Positions 44,149-53,297 of a stretch of 64,000 nt of DNA are shown piece by piece. The DNA comes from Moorellales bacterium (GTDB lineage Bacteria; Bacillota; DSM-521; Neomoorellales; SLTJ01): positions 16,782 through 80,781 of the forward strand of contig JBNARC010000004.1 of the NCBI GenBank assembly GCA_049719955.1, read 5' to 3'. How positions within the stretch are numbered: position 1 is the first letter of the stretch; each line of letters starts with the position of its first letter. Both the position numbers and the translations under genes were made by a program. Under the pieces are notes generated by a model. That model worked only from the letters and a program-made list of their open reading frames with translations. It was not told the origin of the DNA and ran no database searches.

Positions 44149-45825
44149 GTGCTGGCCAACCTTTACGTAGAGAACCTGGCGTTGTTGGAACGACTGGAAC
44201 TGGATCTGGGCCCGGGCTTTAACGTGCTCACAGGTGAGACCGGAACCGGCAAGTCCCTGGTGGTAGACGCGGTAAACTTGCTGCTCGGGGCGCGGGCGGC
44301 CACCGACCTGATCCGCACGGGCACCGAACGGGCAGTAGTCCAGGGGGTTTTTTATTGCCCTCAGGTGGAAGCTCTGTGGTTGCGATTAGAGGAAATGGGG
44401 CTGGCTCAGGACCGCAAGGAGGCGCTGGTACTCACCCGAGAGCTCAACCGGAGCGGCCGGCACCTTTGCCGGGTAGGCGGCCGGGCGGTGGGGCTAGGTG
44501 CGTATCAGGAGTTGGCGCGTTTCCTGGTGGACGTTCACGGTCAGCACGAGCACCAGTCCCTGCTGCAGGGGGAGGTGCAATTATGGCTGCTGGACGTATT
44601 CGGGGGTGCCGATCTTCTGGCCCGGCGGCGCGCGGTAGAGGCGGCGTGGAGGAAATGGCGCCAAGCGGAGAGTATCTGGGCGGATCTCCTGCGGCAACAG
44701 CAGGAAGGGGAACGGGAGAAGGAGCTTTGGGAGTTCCAGGTGCGAGAGATCGCCGCGGCCGCTCTCAGGCCTCAGGAAGAAGAGGAGTTGGAGGCACAGG
44801 AGAGACTCCTCGCCGGGGCGGAAACCCTGGCGACGGCAGCGGAGGAGGTCTACCGGTTGCTGTTCGAGGCCCGGGCCGGAGCCAGTGCTTACGACCAGTT
44901 GAGCCGGGCGGCGGCGCAGCTCCGAGCGGTTCAGAACTTAGATCCGGTTTTGGGGGAGTTGGCCCGGGGCTTAGAAGAGGTAGCGGTGGGCCTTCAGGAG
45001 CAGGCGCGGTTTCTGCGCAACTATCGGGAGAACCTGCATTTCAGCGCCGAGCGTCTGGCGGAGGTGCAGGCGCGTCTTGCGCTAATCCGTCAGTTGCGCC
45101 GCAAGTATGGCGGCACGGTGGAGGAAATATTGGCGCGGGCGCAGGAACTGGAGCGGCGGCTGGAGGCGGCTTCGGATCGGGCCCAGGAAGTGGCAAGAGC
45201 CGAGAAGGAACGGGCGGCGGCGGAGGCGGATTACCGCAAGAATAGTGCGGCCTTGTCGCAGGCGAGGCGGGAAGCGGCCCGGCGGTTGGAGGCGGAGTTG
45301 GCGGCGGTGCTGGCCGACCTGGCCCTGCCTAATACGGTATTTTCGGTGGAGTTTAGGCCCACTGGACCCGGGCCTGCGGGGGAAGAGACGGTGGAGTTTA
45401 CCTTCAGCTCCAATCCGGGTGAACCGCCGCGGCCGGTGGCCAAAATCGCTTCCGGCGGAGAACTGTCACGCCTGATGCTGGCCCTGAAAAGCCTCATGGC
45501 CGAACACGATGCCATTCCCACCCTAATTTTCGACGAGATAGACGCCGGTCTAGGGGGTATGGCGGCCCGCGCCGTGGGTGAGAAGTTGCGGGAATTGAGC
45601 CGGTGGCACCAGGTAATTTGCGTAACTCACGCTCCACAGATCGCCGCCTATGCCGATCGCCATTTCGTTATCAGCAAGGAGGAAACCGAGGGACGCACGG
45701 TAACTCGGGTGCAGGAGTTGGACTGGGATGGAAGGGTAGCGGAATTAGCTCGCATGCTGGCCGGACGGGTAGATGAAGCGGCTCTATCCCACGCCCGACG
45801 GTTGCTAGAGCAAACCCGGGCATAA
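44149..45825 (+). CDS. recN: DNA repair protein RecN
   Basis: GTG 44149 lies 8 nt after GGAAGGG and gives 'VLANLYVENLALLE...VLTGETGTGKS'. The C-terminal 'SGGELSRLMLALK' and 'IFDEIDAG' are present. The track ORF starts at TTG 44098. Confidence 0.92.
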   Translation: MLANLYVENLALLERLELDLGPGFNVLTGETGTGKSLVVDAVNLLLGARAATDLIRTGTERAVVQGVFYCPQVEALWLRLEEMGLAQDRKEALVLTRELNRSGRHLCRVGGRAVGLGAYQELARFLVDVHGQHEHQSLLQGEVQLWLLDVFGGADLLARRRAVEAAWRKWRQAESIWADLLRQQQEGEREKELWEFQVREIAAAALRPQEEEELEAQERLLAGAETLATAAEEVYRLLFEARAGASAYDQLSRAAAQLRAVQNLDPVLGELARGLEEVAVGLQEQARFLRNYRENLHFSAERLAEVQARLALIRQLRRKYGGTVEEILARAQELERRLEAASDRAQEVARAEKERAAAEADYRKNSAALSQARREAARRLEAELAAVLADLALPNTVFSVEFRPTGPGPAGEETVEFTFSSNPGEPPRPVAKIASGGELSRLMLALKSLMAEHDAIPTLIFDEIDAGLGGMAARAVGEKLRELSRWHQVICVTHAPQIAAYADRHFVISKEETEGRTVTRVQELDWDGRVAELARMLAGRVDEAALSHARRLLEQTRA

Positions 45826-45906
45826 AACCCCAAACCTCAGGTTAACTTAAGCCTAGATCATCCTGGCCAGGACGTCGCTACAAACCAGGAGCGTGGTCTA
45901 GTACCT

Positions 45907-47193
45907 ATGCTTTCCGGTAGGCGCCGGACGTTCTGGCTTTTCTCTTTCTTGGTAGCCGTAAGCCTGTTTTTCTGGTATGCCCTCTACCTGGTGCCGGAGG
46001 AGCAGTGGCTAAGCACCGGCGAGGAAGTGCGCTTACACCTGGCTTTTCCGGCCAACATTCTGGCCCGCATGGGGAAATGGCAACCGGCCAGTCCGCAGAA
46101 CTGGCCGGTGGCAACCAGTCCCGGTCGGCTGGACCTTACGCTAGAGTTTCTGGGCCTTATTCCCGTTAAGACGGTAGTGGTGCGGATTGTTGAGCCGCCG
46201 CGAGTGGTTCCCGGAGGCCACTGCATAGGGGTTCTTCTAAGAACTTCGGGGGCGGTGGTGGTGGGTTTTGCCCCCGTCACAACCCGAGACGGTGAAACCC
46301 TCAACCCCGCTCGAGAGGCCGGCTTTCTCTTGGGGGACACCATTGTCAAGATCAACAACCAGGTGGTTGCCAGTGACGATCAGGTGGCTTGGCTGGTAGA
46401 TCGGGCCGGCCGGTCAGGCAGGCGGCTGCGGGTAACCGTTCGCCGGGCCGGAGAACAGAAGATCTTAGAGGTGCGGCCGCGCTTCTGTCGGGAGACCGGT
46501 AGGTACCGCATCGGGCTATACGTGCGGGATAGCGCCGCCGGGGTGGGCACCCTTACTTTCTATCTGCCACGGGAAAAGATATTCGCGGCCCTGGGACACA
46601 TGGTGGTAGACAGCAACAGCGAGCCTTTACCCTTGGCCGAGGGCCGCATCGTAGGGGCCAGCATCCAGGGGATCCAGCAGGGTAGGCGGGGTGAACCGGG
46701 AGAGAAGATCGGCCTTTTCTTGGACCAAGGAGATCTGGAGGGACGAATTGTTCGCAACACCCGTTTCGGCATCTTCGGGATCCTGGACAAGTTGCCTAAG
46801 ACGTTGCCAAACGCCCAAGCAGTGCCGGTAGCGCTGGCGCACCAAGTGCATCCCGGGCCGGCGGAAATGCTTACGGTGGTAAACGGAGAAGACATCGAAC
46901 GGTTCGATCTGGTCATCGAACGGGTAATGCCGGATCGTTGGGAGGAGGGGCGGGGCTTATTGCTGCGGGTGAATGACCCTCGTCTCCTGTCTCTAACCGG
47001 AGGAATTGTGCAAGGGATGAGCGGTAGCCCCATACTTCAGGACGGCGCCCTGGTGGGAGCGGTCACTCACGTCTTTATCCATGATCCAACGCGGGGCTAC
47101 GGGGTGCTGGCCGAGTGGATGCTGGAGGAGATGGGGTTGTTGGCCCGCAACCAGGTCGAAAAACCAAAAAGATTGGCGAACGGGTGTTGGTAG
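45907..47193 (+). CDS. spoIVB: SpoIVB signalling serine peptidase (PDZ + S55)
   Basis: It has an N-terminal TM helix, a PDZ region ('GFLLGDTIVKINNQ'), and 'AAGVGTLTFY' and 'GIVQGMSGSPILQDGALVGAVTHVF'. Confidence 0.9.
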   Translation: MLSGRRRTFWLFSFLVAVSLFFWYALYLVPEEQWLSTGEEVRLHLAFPANILARMGKWQPASPQNWPVATSPGRLDLTLEFLGLIPVKTVVVRIVEPPRVVPGGHCIGVLLRTSGAVVVGFAPVTTRDGETLNPAREAGFLLGDTIVKINNQVVASDDQVAWLVDRAGRSGRRLRVTVRRAGEQKILEVRPRFCRETGRYRIGLYVRDSAAGVGTLTFYLPREKIFAALGHMVVDSNSEPLPLAEGRIVGASIQGIQQGRRGEPGEKIGLFLDQGDLEGRIVRNTRFGIFGILDKLPKTLPNAQAVPVALAHQVHPGPAEMLTVVNGEDIERFDLVIERVMPDRWEEGRGLLLRVNDPRLLSLTGGIVQGMSGSPILQDGALVGAVTHVFIHDPTRGYGVLAEWMLEEMGLLARNQVEKPKRLANGCW

Positions 47194-47220
47194 CAGGGAT
47201 TCCTAATCCGGACGTCGAAC
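47193..47220 (+). promoter_or_regulatory. candidate sigma-H-type promoter of spo0A with an overlapping 0A-box-like sequence
   Basis: GCAGGGATT (47193-47201), a 12-nt spacer, then GTCGAAC (47214-47220). Against the consensus RNAGGAWWW-N11-12-RNNGAAT this has two mismatches. cGTCGAA resembles TGNCGAA. Confidence 0.3.
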
Positions 47221-47269
47221 AGCCTTCTTACAGGAAGAAGTTGCCAAGGATCGGGGAGGGGAAACCAAA

Positions 47270-48034
47270 GTGAGCGAACCCATTGGGATCCTGATCGCCG
47301 ATGACCACCGGGAGTTTTGCCAAGTCTTAGTGGATTACGTTAATTCCCAAAGCGATTTTCGGCTGGTTGGGGTGGCCTACAACGGCGAAGAGACACTGAG
47401 ACTAATAGCCGAAAAGCGGCCGCAGGTCGTGTTACTAGATATCATCATGCCGCACCTGGACGGTCTGGGAGTGTTGGAGCGGCTTTCGAGCGTTCCACCC
47501 GGCCAGCGGCCCCGGGTTATCGTGGTAACTACGGTGGGGAACGAGGCCACCACCAAGCGCTGCCTGCAATTGGGGGCGGACTACTACGTGCTGAAACCGT
47601 TCGACCTGGAGGTTCTGGGCACGCGCATTCGCCAGTTGGCCAACGGTCAGGTTCCGCCGCCTCCCGCCTCTACGCGAGCCCGCAATCTCGATTTAGAGGT
47701 AACCAAAATCATCCACCAGGTGGGGGTGCCGGCGCACATCAAAGGGTACCAGTACTTGCGCGAAGCCATCCTTATGGTAGTGGAGGAAATGAGTCTGCTG
47801 GGCGCGGTTACCAAGGAACTATATCCCTCGATCGCCCGCAAATACAATACCACCCCCAGTAGGGTGGAGCGGGCCATTCGCCACGCCATTGAACTGGCCT
47901 GGGAGCGGGGAAACCTGGAGACTATCAACCGCATTTTTGGGTATACCGTGCGTATGGACAAGGGGAAACCGACCAACTCGGAGTTCATTGCCATGATTGC
48001 CGACAAGCTGCGACTGGAATGCCGGGCTTCCTGA
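47270..48034 (+). CDS. spo0A: sporulation master regulator Spo0A
   Basis: It has a receiver domain ('[10 protein letters not shown]', '[13 protein letters not shown]') and the Spo0A-specific C-terminal '[17 protein letters not shown]' and '[12 protein letters not shown]'. Confidence 0.95.
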   Translation: MSEPIGILIADDHREFCQVLVDYVNSQSDFRLVGVAYNGEETLRLIAEKRPQVVLLDIIMPHLDGLGVLERLSSVPPGQRPRVIVVTTVGNEATTKRCLQLGADYYVLKPFDLEVLGTRIRQLANGQVPPPPASTRARNLDLEVTKIIHQVGVPAHIKGYQYLREAILMVVEEMSLLGAVTKELYPSIARKYNTTPSRVERAIRHAIELAWERGNLETINRIFGYTVRMDKGKPTNSEFIAMIADKLRLECRAS

Positions 48035-48106
48035 CCTCTCGAAGCTGATCGGAGATGGGCCGGGCACCGGTATTATTTCCCGGAGGCGGTTACATAATAA
48101 CTCCGG

Positions 48107-49294
48107 GTGATGAGCACGGAAACCTCCGGAACCGCCCGGGGCAATCCGGGAAGGTGCCAAGGGGATAAGGGCTTACGCCTTAAGGGTCGGGCAAGGGTAG
48201 ATCGCCTGACCAAGCGTTTGGTGCAACGGCTCAGGCCGAACGAGATTGCGGTCATCGATCACCCGGACCTCGACGGCGTGGCCGCGGAAGCCCTGCTGCG
48301 CTGCCGCCCCCGAGCGGTAGTCAACGCCAGTCTTTCAGTTACCGGCCGTTATCCCAATCCCGGTCCTTTACGTCTGCTCCAGAACGGGGTGCCGATCCTG
48401 GACGCCGTGGGTCCAGGCGTCATGGAGCAGGTAAGGGAAGAGGATGAAGTGGAGATCGTAGGCGCAGAGCTTTACTGCCGGGGACACCGGGTAGGTGAGG
48501 GGCGGCTTTTGACGATCGAAACGGTGGAGGCGGCGCTAATCCGGGCACGAGCGGACTTTCCCCGTCAACTGGCCCGTTTTGTGGAGAATACCCTCTGTTA
48601 CGCCCTGGAGGAGGTAGAGGCCGTTCTGGGGGGACTGGAGATTCCCCCGCTGGAAGTGGAGCTTAGGGATCGCCAGGTATTGGTGGTAGTGCGGGGCGAG
48701 CATTACCGGGAAGACCTGCGGGCCCTCAGACCTTTCATTCGGGAAGGCCGACCGATACTGGTGGCGGTGGATGGGGGAGCCGAAGCGCTCTTGGAATGCG
48801 GCTATAGGCCGCACCTTATTGTGGGGGACATGGACAGTATCGGTGATGCCGCCTTGAATTGCGGGGCGGAGTTGGTAGTTCACGCCTATCCGGACGGGCG
48901 GGCACCAGGTCTGGAGCGGGTTCGTTCCTTGGGATTAACGGCCAAGGTGGTGCGGGCTCCCGGAACCAGCGAAGACCTGGCCTTGTTGCTGGCCTATCAA
49001 CTGGGGGCCTCTCTGATCGTTACTGTGGGCAGTCACTTCAGCGTACTGGATTTCTTAAGTAAGGGCCGTCAGGGCATGGCGAGTACCTTGCTTACGCGCC
49101 TAAAGGTGGGCTCCCGGATGGTAGATGCTAAAGGCGTTAGCGTGCTCTACCGACAGTCGTTTCGTTTACGCCTGTTGCTAGAACTGGTGGCCGCTGCCCT
49201 GGTACCGGCGCTCACCTTGCTACTGGCCGCGCCGGTAACCAGTCAACTGCTGCGACTGGCGGCCTTGCGGTTGCGACTGGCGTTAGGGGTCTAG
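48107..49294 (+). CDS. steA: SteA-like protein (thiamine-pyrophosphokinase-like catalytic fold, C-terminal membrane anchor)
   Basis: Contains 'GRARVDRLTKRLVQRLRPNEIAVIDHPDLDGVAAEAL' and 'VAVDGGAEALLECGYRPHLIVGDMDS'. The C-terminal hydrophobic helix is 'LLLELVAAALVPALTLLLAAPV'. Confidence 0.8.
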   Translation: MMSTETSGTARGNPGRCQGDKGLRLKGRARVDRLTKRLVQRLRPNEIAVIDHPDLDGVAAEALLRCRPRAVVNASLSVTGRYPNPGPLRLLQNGVPILDAVGPGVMEQVREEDEVEIVGAELYCRGHRVGEGRLLTIETVEAALIRARADFPRQLARFVENTLCYALEEVEAVLGGLEIPPLEVELRDRQVLVVVRGEHYREDLRALRPFIREGRPILVAVDGGAEALLECGYRPHLIVGDMDSIGDAALNCGAELVVHAYPDGRAPGLERVRSLGLTAKVVRAPGTSEDLALLLAYQLGASLIVTVGSHFSVLDFLSKGRQGMASTLLTRLKVGSRMVDAKGVSVLYRQSFRLRLLLELVAAALVPALTLLLAAPVTSQLLRLAALRLRLALGV

Positions 49295-49309
49295 AACACT
49301 AACCCCGGG

Positions 49310-49990
49310 GTGGCGGTGGGAGTGCTGGCGGTGATAATTCCGGCTTACAATGAGGAAACCACGGTCGCCTTAACGGTAGAGGCTTGCTCTCGGTTGCGGC
49401 CGGTATCGGAAATAATCGTGGTAGATGATGGGTCCCGTGACGGCACGGCCGAGGCGGCCAGGCGGGCCGGGGCTAAGGTGTTGCGCCTCGGCCGTAACTG
49501 TGGAAAGGGCGAAGCCTTAAACTTGGGTTTGCGGCATACCCGGGCCCCTTACTTGGCTTTCGTGGACGCGGATATCGGGGCCACGGCCGGGGAGCTGAAG
49601 CGGCTGTGGGAGCCGGTGGAGGCAGGGATCCTGGATATGGCGGTCGGCGTACTATCCCCTTCGGCACGGCGAAGCCCGGGTTTGGTAAGAACTTTGGCCA
49701 GGGTGGGAGTGTACCGCCTGGCCGGTTGTCGCCTGCGGGCTCCCCTTTCCGGTCAGCGGGTCCTGGACGCTCGGGTGGCGCAAAGCTTATATCCCCTGGC
49801 CGGCGGCTTCGGGGTGGAGGTAGACCTGACCGTACGGGCGCTGTGGGCGGGTTTCCGGGTGGGAGAACTGCCGGTTGCCATGAGCCACCGCTATACCGGT
49901 AACGATTGGGCCGGTATCAGCCACCGGAGCCGCCAGCTATGGGAGGTAGGGTGTACGCTTTGGCATATCTCCCGGACGCGCCGGTGTTAG
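49310..49990 (+). CDS. family-2 glycosyltransferase (polyprenol-phosphate sugar transferase-like)
   Basis: Contains 'VIIPAYNEE', 'VVDDGSRDGT', 'GKGEAL' and 'AFVDADI'. Confidence 0.85.
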   Translation: MAVGVLAVIIPAYNEETTVALTVEACSRLRPVSEIIVVDDGSRDGTAEAARRAGAKVLRLGRNCGKGEALNLGLRHTRAPYLAFVDADIGATAGELKRLWEPVEAGILDMAVGVLSPSARRSPGLVRTLARVGVYRLAGCRLRAPLSGQRVLDARVAQSLYPLAGGFGVEVDLTVRALWAGFRVGELPVAMSHRYTGNDWAGISHRSRQLWEVGCTLWHISRTRRC

Positions 49991-50787
49991 GTCTCGGAGC
50001 GGCCTTTCTAACGGCGGTGGCCGTTACCTATCTGGCCGTGGCCGGGTGGCCGTTTTGGCCGAGGCGCTCTAACTATCGCGGCCACCTTGTACCCCAGGCG
50101 GGCGCGGCCGTGTGGTGGGGTGCGGGGGTGGGCCTCTTGACCCTTTGGTGGAGGGGATTCGATCGGGTCGAAGCCGGACTGATGCTGGCAGCGGTAACGG
50201 TCCTGTTCTTGGCTGGCCTCCTGGACGATTGCTGGCCGGGTATTCAGGGCAAAGGCCTCCGGGGGCACCTGCGCTACTGGTGGCAGATGGGACCGGACCC
50301 CGCCCTGATCAAGGCGGCCTCGGGGGTGGCGGTGGGGCTGGCTCAAGCAGCCTTCAGAGGCCTGCCCTGTTGGCAGGGGATCCTGGACACGGCCACAGTG
50401 GCCCTGGCGGCTAATACCATAAACCTTTTGGATCTGCGCCCCGGCCGCGCCCTGAAGGGTTTGCTTTTTCTGGCCGGTTTGCTGCTGGTTCTGACCGGGG
50501 GGCAAGCTCTTGCCTTGCTGGCTCCGTTGGTGGGCGCGGCGGTGGCGTTTCTGCGCTCCGATCTGAGGGAACGGGCTATGTTAGGAGACGCGGGTGCCAA
50601 CGCCTTAGGAGCGGGGCTGGGGATGGCGGCGGTACTGAGCCTGGGGCCGGCGCCAGAGGCGGGACTGACCGGGGCTCTGTTTGTACTTCACCTTTACGCC
50701 GAAAGGGAATCCTTAAGCCGGTTGATAGAGCGGGTGCCTTGGCTGGCCCGATTAGACGGTCTGGGGCGATACCCGGCAGAGAGGTAG
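49906..50787 (+). CDS. MraY/WecA-like (GT4 family) polyprenyl-phosphate sugar-phosphate transferase homologue
   Basis: It is a polytopic membrane protein with 'AANTINLLDLRPGRALKG' and 'MLGDAGANALGAGLG'. The start is uncertain: ATG 49906, ATG 49939, or GTG 49984 overlapping the GT2 stop. Confidence 0.7.
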   Translation: MGRYQPPEPPAMGGRVYALAYLPDAPVLGLGAAFLTAVAVTYLAVAGWPFWPRRSNYRGHLVPQAGAAVWWGAGVGLLTLWWRGFDRVEAGLMLAAVTVLFLAGLLDDCWPGIQGKGLRGHLRYWWQMGPDPALIKAASGVAVGLAQAAFRGLPCWQGILDTATVALAANTINLLDLRPGRALKGLLFLAGLLLVLTGGQALALLAPLVGAAVAFLRSDLRERAMLGDAGANALGAGLGMAAVLSLGPAPEAGLTGALFVLHLYAERESLSRLIERVPWLARLDGLGRYPAER

Positions 50788-50794
50788 CGGGAAC

Positions 50795-51892
50795 TTGCTC
50801 AGCAGCCGAGTAGGAACGATAATAGAGGTTCGGGAGAAACGACCAGGATGCTCGGAACTCACGGTAGAGATCGAGGGTGAGAGGTCTTTAGCCGTAAACT
50901 ACGAACCCCTGACCGGACCGGCAACGGTAGGAGACCGGGTACTGTTAAACGTAACCGCGGTTCAACTGGGGTTGGGGACCGGCGGTTATCATTTCGTCAT
51001 GGCCAATCTTTCCCGGCAAACTACCGTTGCGGACGGGCCGGGCCATATCATTAAACTCCGGTACACGCCCCTGCAGTTCAAGGTACTGGCAATAGAGGAG
51101 GAAAACTCTCCTTACCGTCCGGCCTTAGAGGCCTGCGATTCCTTGGAGGGCATGCCGGTCATCGCCGCCCCCTTACATAGCTTACTGGCTCCGGCGGTGG
51201 GCGGGGTCAAGCTCGCCAATCCCGGGTTAAAGGTCGCCTACGTTATGACCGAAGGCGGGGCCCTTCCTTTAGCCTTTAGCCGCCTGGTTCGCCAGTTGCG
51301 GGAGAAAGGTTTGTTGGTGGCCACGGTCACCGTAGGGCAGGCGTTTGGAGGAGATTTGGAGGCGGTTAACCTTTATAGCGGACTTTTGGCCGTCCGGGCA
51401 GTAGTTAAGGCCGACGTGGCGGTGGTGGCCATGGGACCCGGCCACGTGGGAACCAACAGCCGCTGGGGTTTCAGCGGTCTGGAGCAGGGGCAGACCATAA
51501 ACGCGGTCTGGGCGCTTGGCGGCAAAGCCGTGGTCGTACCGCGCCTGAGCGTTGCCGATCCCCGGGCGCGGCACCGGGGACTCAGTCACCATACGGTTAC
51601 CGTTTTGGGACGGGTGGCCTTGGCGCCGGCAGTTATCGCCTTACCCGAACTGTCTTCGGAACTCCGGCAGCGCGTGTATCAACAGATCCGGGAAGCCGGT
51701 CTCCAAGAGCGGCACTTATTGGCGGAAATAGACGGCCGCCCCGCCCTGGACCTGCTGGAAGGAGAGGGTATCCAAATGGAGAGCATGGGCCGGGGTCGGG
51801 AGCAGGATGAGGTCTTCTTCGCCGCGGGAGGTGCCGCCGGTATACTTGCCGCTCGCCTGGCAGCGGGCCAGTTTTCCGGTTCGTCCCTATAG
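50795..51892 (+). CDS. DUF3866-family protein
   Basis: The 365-aa protein contains 'VGDRVLLNVTAVQLGLGTGGYHFVMANL'. No characterised function is known to me. Confidence 0.7.
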   Translation: MLSSRVGTIIEVREKRPGCSELTVEIEGERSLAVNYEPLTGPATVGDRVLLNVTAVQLGLGTGGYHFVMANLSRQTTVADGPGHIIKLRYTPLQFKVLAIEEENSPYRPALEACDSLEGMPVIAAPLHSLLAPAVGGVKLANPGLKVAYVMTEGGALPLAFSRLVRQLREKGLLVATVTVGQAFGGDLEAVNLYSGLLAVRAVVKADVAVVAMGPGHVGTNSRWGFSGLEQGQTINAVWALGGKAVVVPRLSVADPRARHRGLSHHTVTVLGRVALAPAVIALPELSSELRQRVYQQIREAGLQERHLLAEIDGRPALDLLEGEGIQMESMGRGREQDEVFFAAGGAAGILAARLAAGQFSGSSL

Positions 51893-52035
51893 GCTCTCTC
51901 GGGGGGCCCGGCATGGCGGCGCAAGAAAAAGAGACGGCCGACCGTGCTGCCGTCCCACCGTGGCCTTCCCGGCTTGGCGGCTGCGGTAGTGGAGCGCTAT
52001 ACTGGGTTTGCACCGGGTTGGAAGGAGGAAGCCGC

Positions 52036-52566
52036 ATGGTGGGAGAGGAGAAAACTTTGGATTCCAGACGAATATTCTCGGGACGGGTAATCGGGCTTCG
52101 GGTGGACCGAGTAGCCTTGCCTTCGGGCGGCGAAAGTTTGCGGGAAATTGTTGAGCACCGGGGGGCAGTAGTGATAGCGGCCGTAAACGAGCGGCAGGAA
52201 GTAATGCTGGTCCGGCAGTACCGCAAGGCGGTGGAAGAAGTCCTTTGGGAGCTCCCTGCCGGTACCTTGGAACCGGACGAGGAACCGTTGGCCTGTGCCC
52301 GGCGCGAACTGAAGGAGGAGACGGGCCTGGAGGCCAGGGAGTGGCAACTTTTGGTGCAGTTTTATTCCAGTCCCGGTTTCTGCACCGAAAGACTATATCT
52401 GTTCATGGCCACCGGTCTCACCGAAGGTCGGCAGGCGACCGATACCGACGAGAACCTTACCTGTCACTGGGTTCCCCTGGAGCAGGCGTGGGCCATGGCC
52501 CGGCGGGGCGAAATAGCCGACGCCAAGACGCTGGTAGGACTGCTGGCCTTGAAATGCTGGGCGTGA
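52036..52566 (+). CDS. NUDIX hydrolase (ADP-ribose pyrophosphatase-like)
   Basis: ATG 52036 follows GGAAGGAGG. The Nudix box 'GTLEPDEEPLACARRELKEETGL' is present. Confidence 0.88.
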   Translation: MVGEEKTLDSRRIFSGRVIGLRVDRVALPSGGESLREIVEHRGAVVIAAVNERQEVMLVRQYRKAVEEVLWELPAGTLEPDEEPLACARRELKEETGLEAREWQLLVQFYSSPGFCTERLYLFMATGLTEGRQATDTDENLTCHWVPLEQAWAMARRGEIADAKTLVGLLALKCWA

Positions 52567-52634
52567 CTACGGACGGTGTAAGAGTGGAGGGATAGGAGCT
52601 GAGGGTTCGTCTGGCAGCCGATGCCAGCGGAGCG

Positions 52635-53297
52635 GTGGAAGCGGCAGCCAAGGGTGAGGCGGTGGTAATAGTCGACGTGGTAGATATGTCTACCACCCTG
52701 GAAAGCGCCCTGGAAGCGGGGGCGGTAGCGGTTTTTGGCGCCAGCCCTTTATTCCACTGCTCGCCGGTACCCGTGTCGCCCGGGCGCGTGGGCTACGCGG
52801 CCGGACAAGAAGCCCAGAGGCGAGGAACGGAGGTAGTAGTAGTCGCCGAACCCCGAGTAGGCCCGGAGTGCGAGCGCCGTCGCCAGGCCGGTGCGGTGCT
52901 GGCGGGAATTCGGGCCGGAGGGGCAGAGGTAGCTGCGGTGTTGCCCAATCTGGGAAAGGAAACCCCACGTCTTTTTCCTCTGACGGGGCGAGTGGTGGTG
53001 GCGGTAACGGGTAGCGGCGGAGTGGCCTTCGATGCTGCGTTTAACGCCGGTACACCGGTTACCACGGCTACCGTGGCCAGGACTTACCGGAGCCGAGGAC
53101 TGGAGCCGGCCGTGAAAGGCGCCCGCCGGGCCTTGGCTTTGGCCCGCCTTCATAATCGAGACCTATGCGTAGTCGCAGCCAGCGGTCGTTGCCTGGAAGA
53201 CCTGCTGGCGGCCCGTTTCCTGGTTCATTTCCTGGCCAGTGTCGGACGGAGAGAATGTTTTCTACCTTCAAGGAATAACGATCTAATATCGGTGTGA
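52635..53297 (+). CDS. hypothetical protein (weak N-terminal resemblance to the ComB / 2-phosphosulfolactate phosphatase family)
   Basis: It is a 220-aa ORF on the operon strand. 'VVIVDVVDMSTTLESALEAGA' resembles the ComB-family 'VVVIDVLRATTT' motif. No other support was found. Confidence 0.45.
   Translation: MEAAAKGEAVVIVDVVDMSTTLESALEAGAVAVFGASPLFHCSPVPVSPGRVGYAAGQEAQRRGTEVVVVAEPRVGPECERRRQAGAVLAGIRAGGAEVAAVLPNLGKETPRLFPLTGRVVVAVTGSGGVAFDAAFNAGTPVTTATVARTYRSRGLEPAVKGARRALALARLHNRDLCVVAASGRCLEDLLAARFLVHFLASVGRRECFLPSRNNDLISV

Noticed and set aside
48079-48107. A 7-bp hairpin, CCCGGAG...CTCCGGG, ending at the steA-like start codon. It could be a Shine-Dalgarno-sequestering element.
   Set aside because: It is a single short stem with a 15-nt AT-rich loop. 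There is no flanking conserved structure or U-tract, so it cannot be distinguished from chance.
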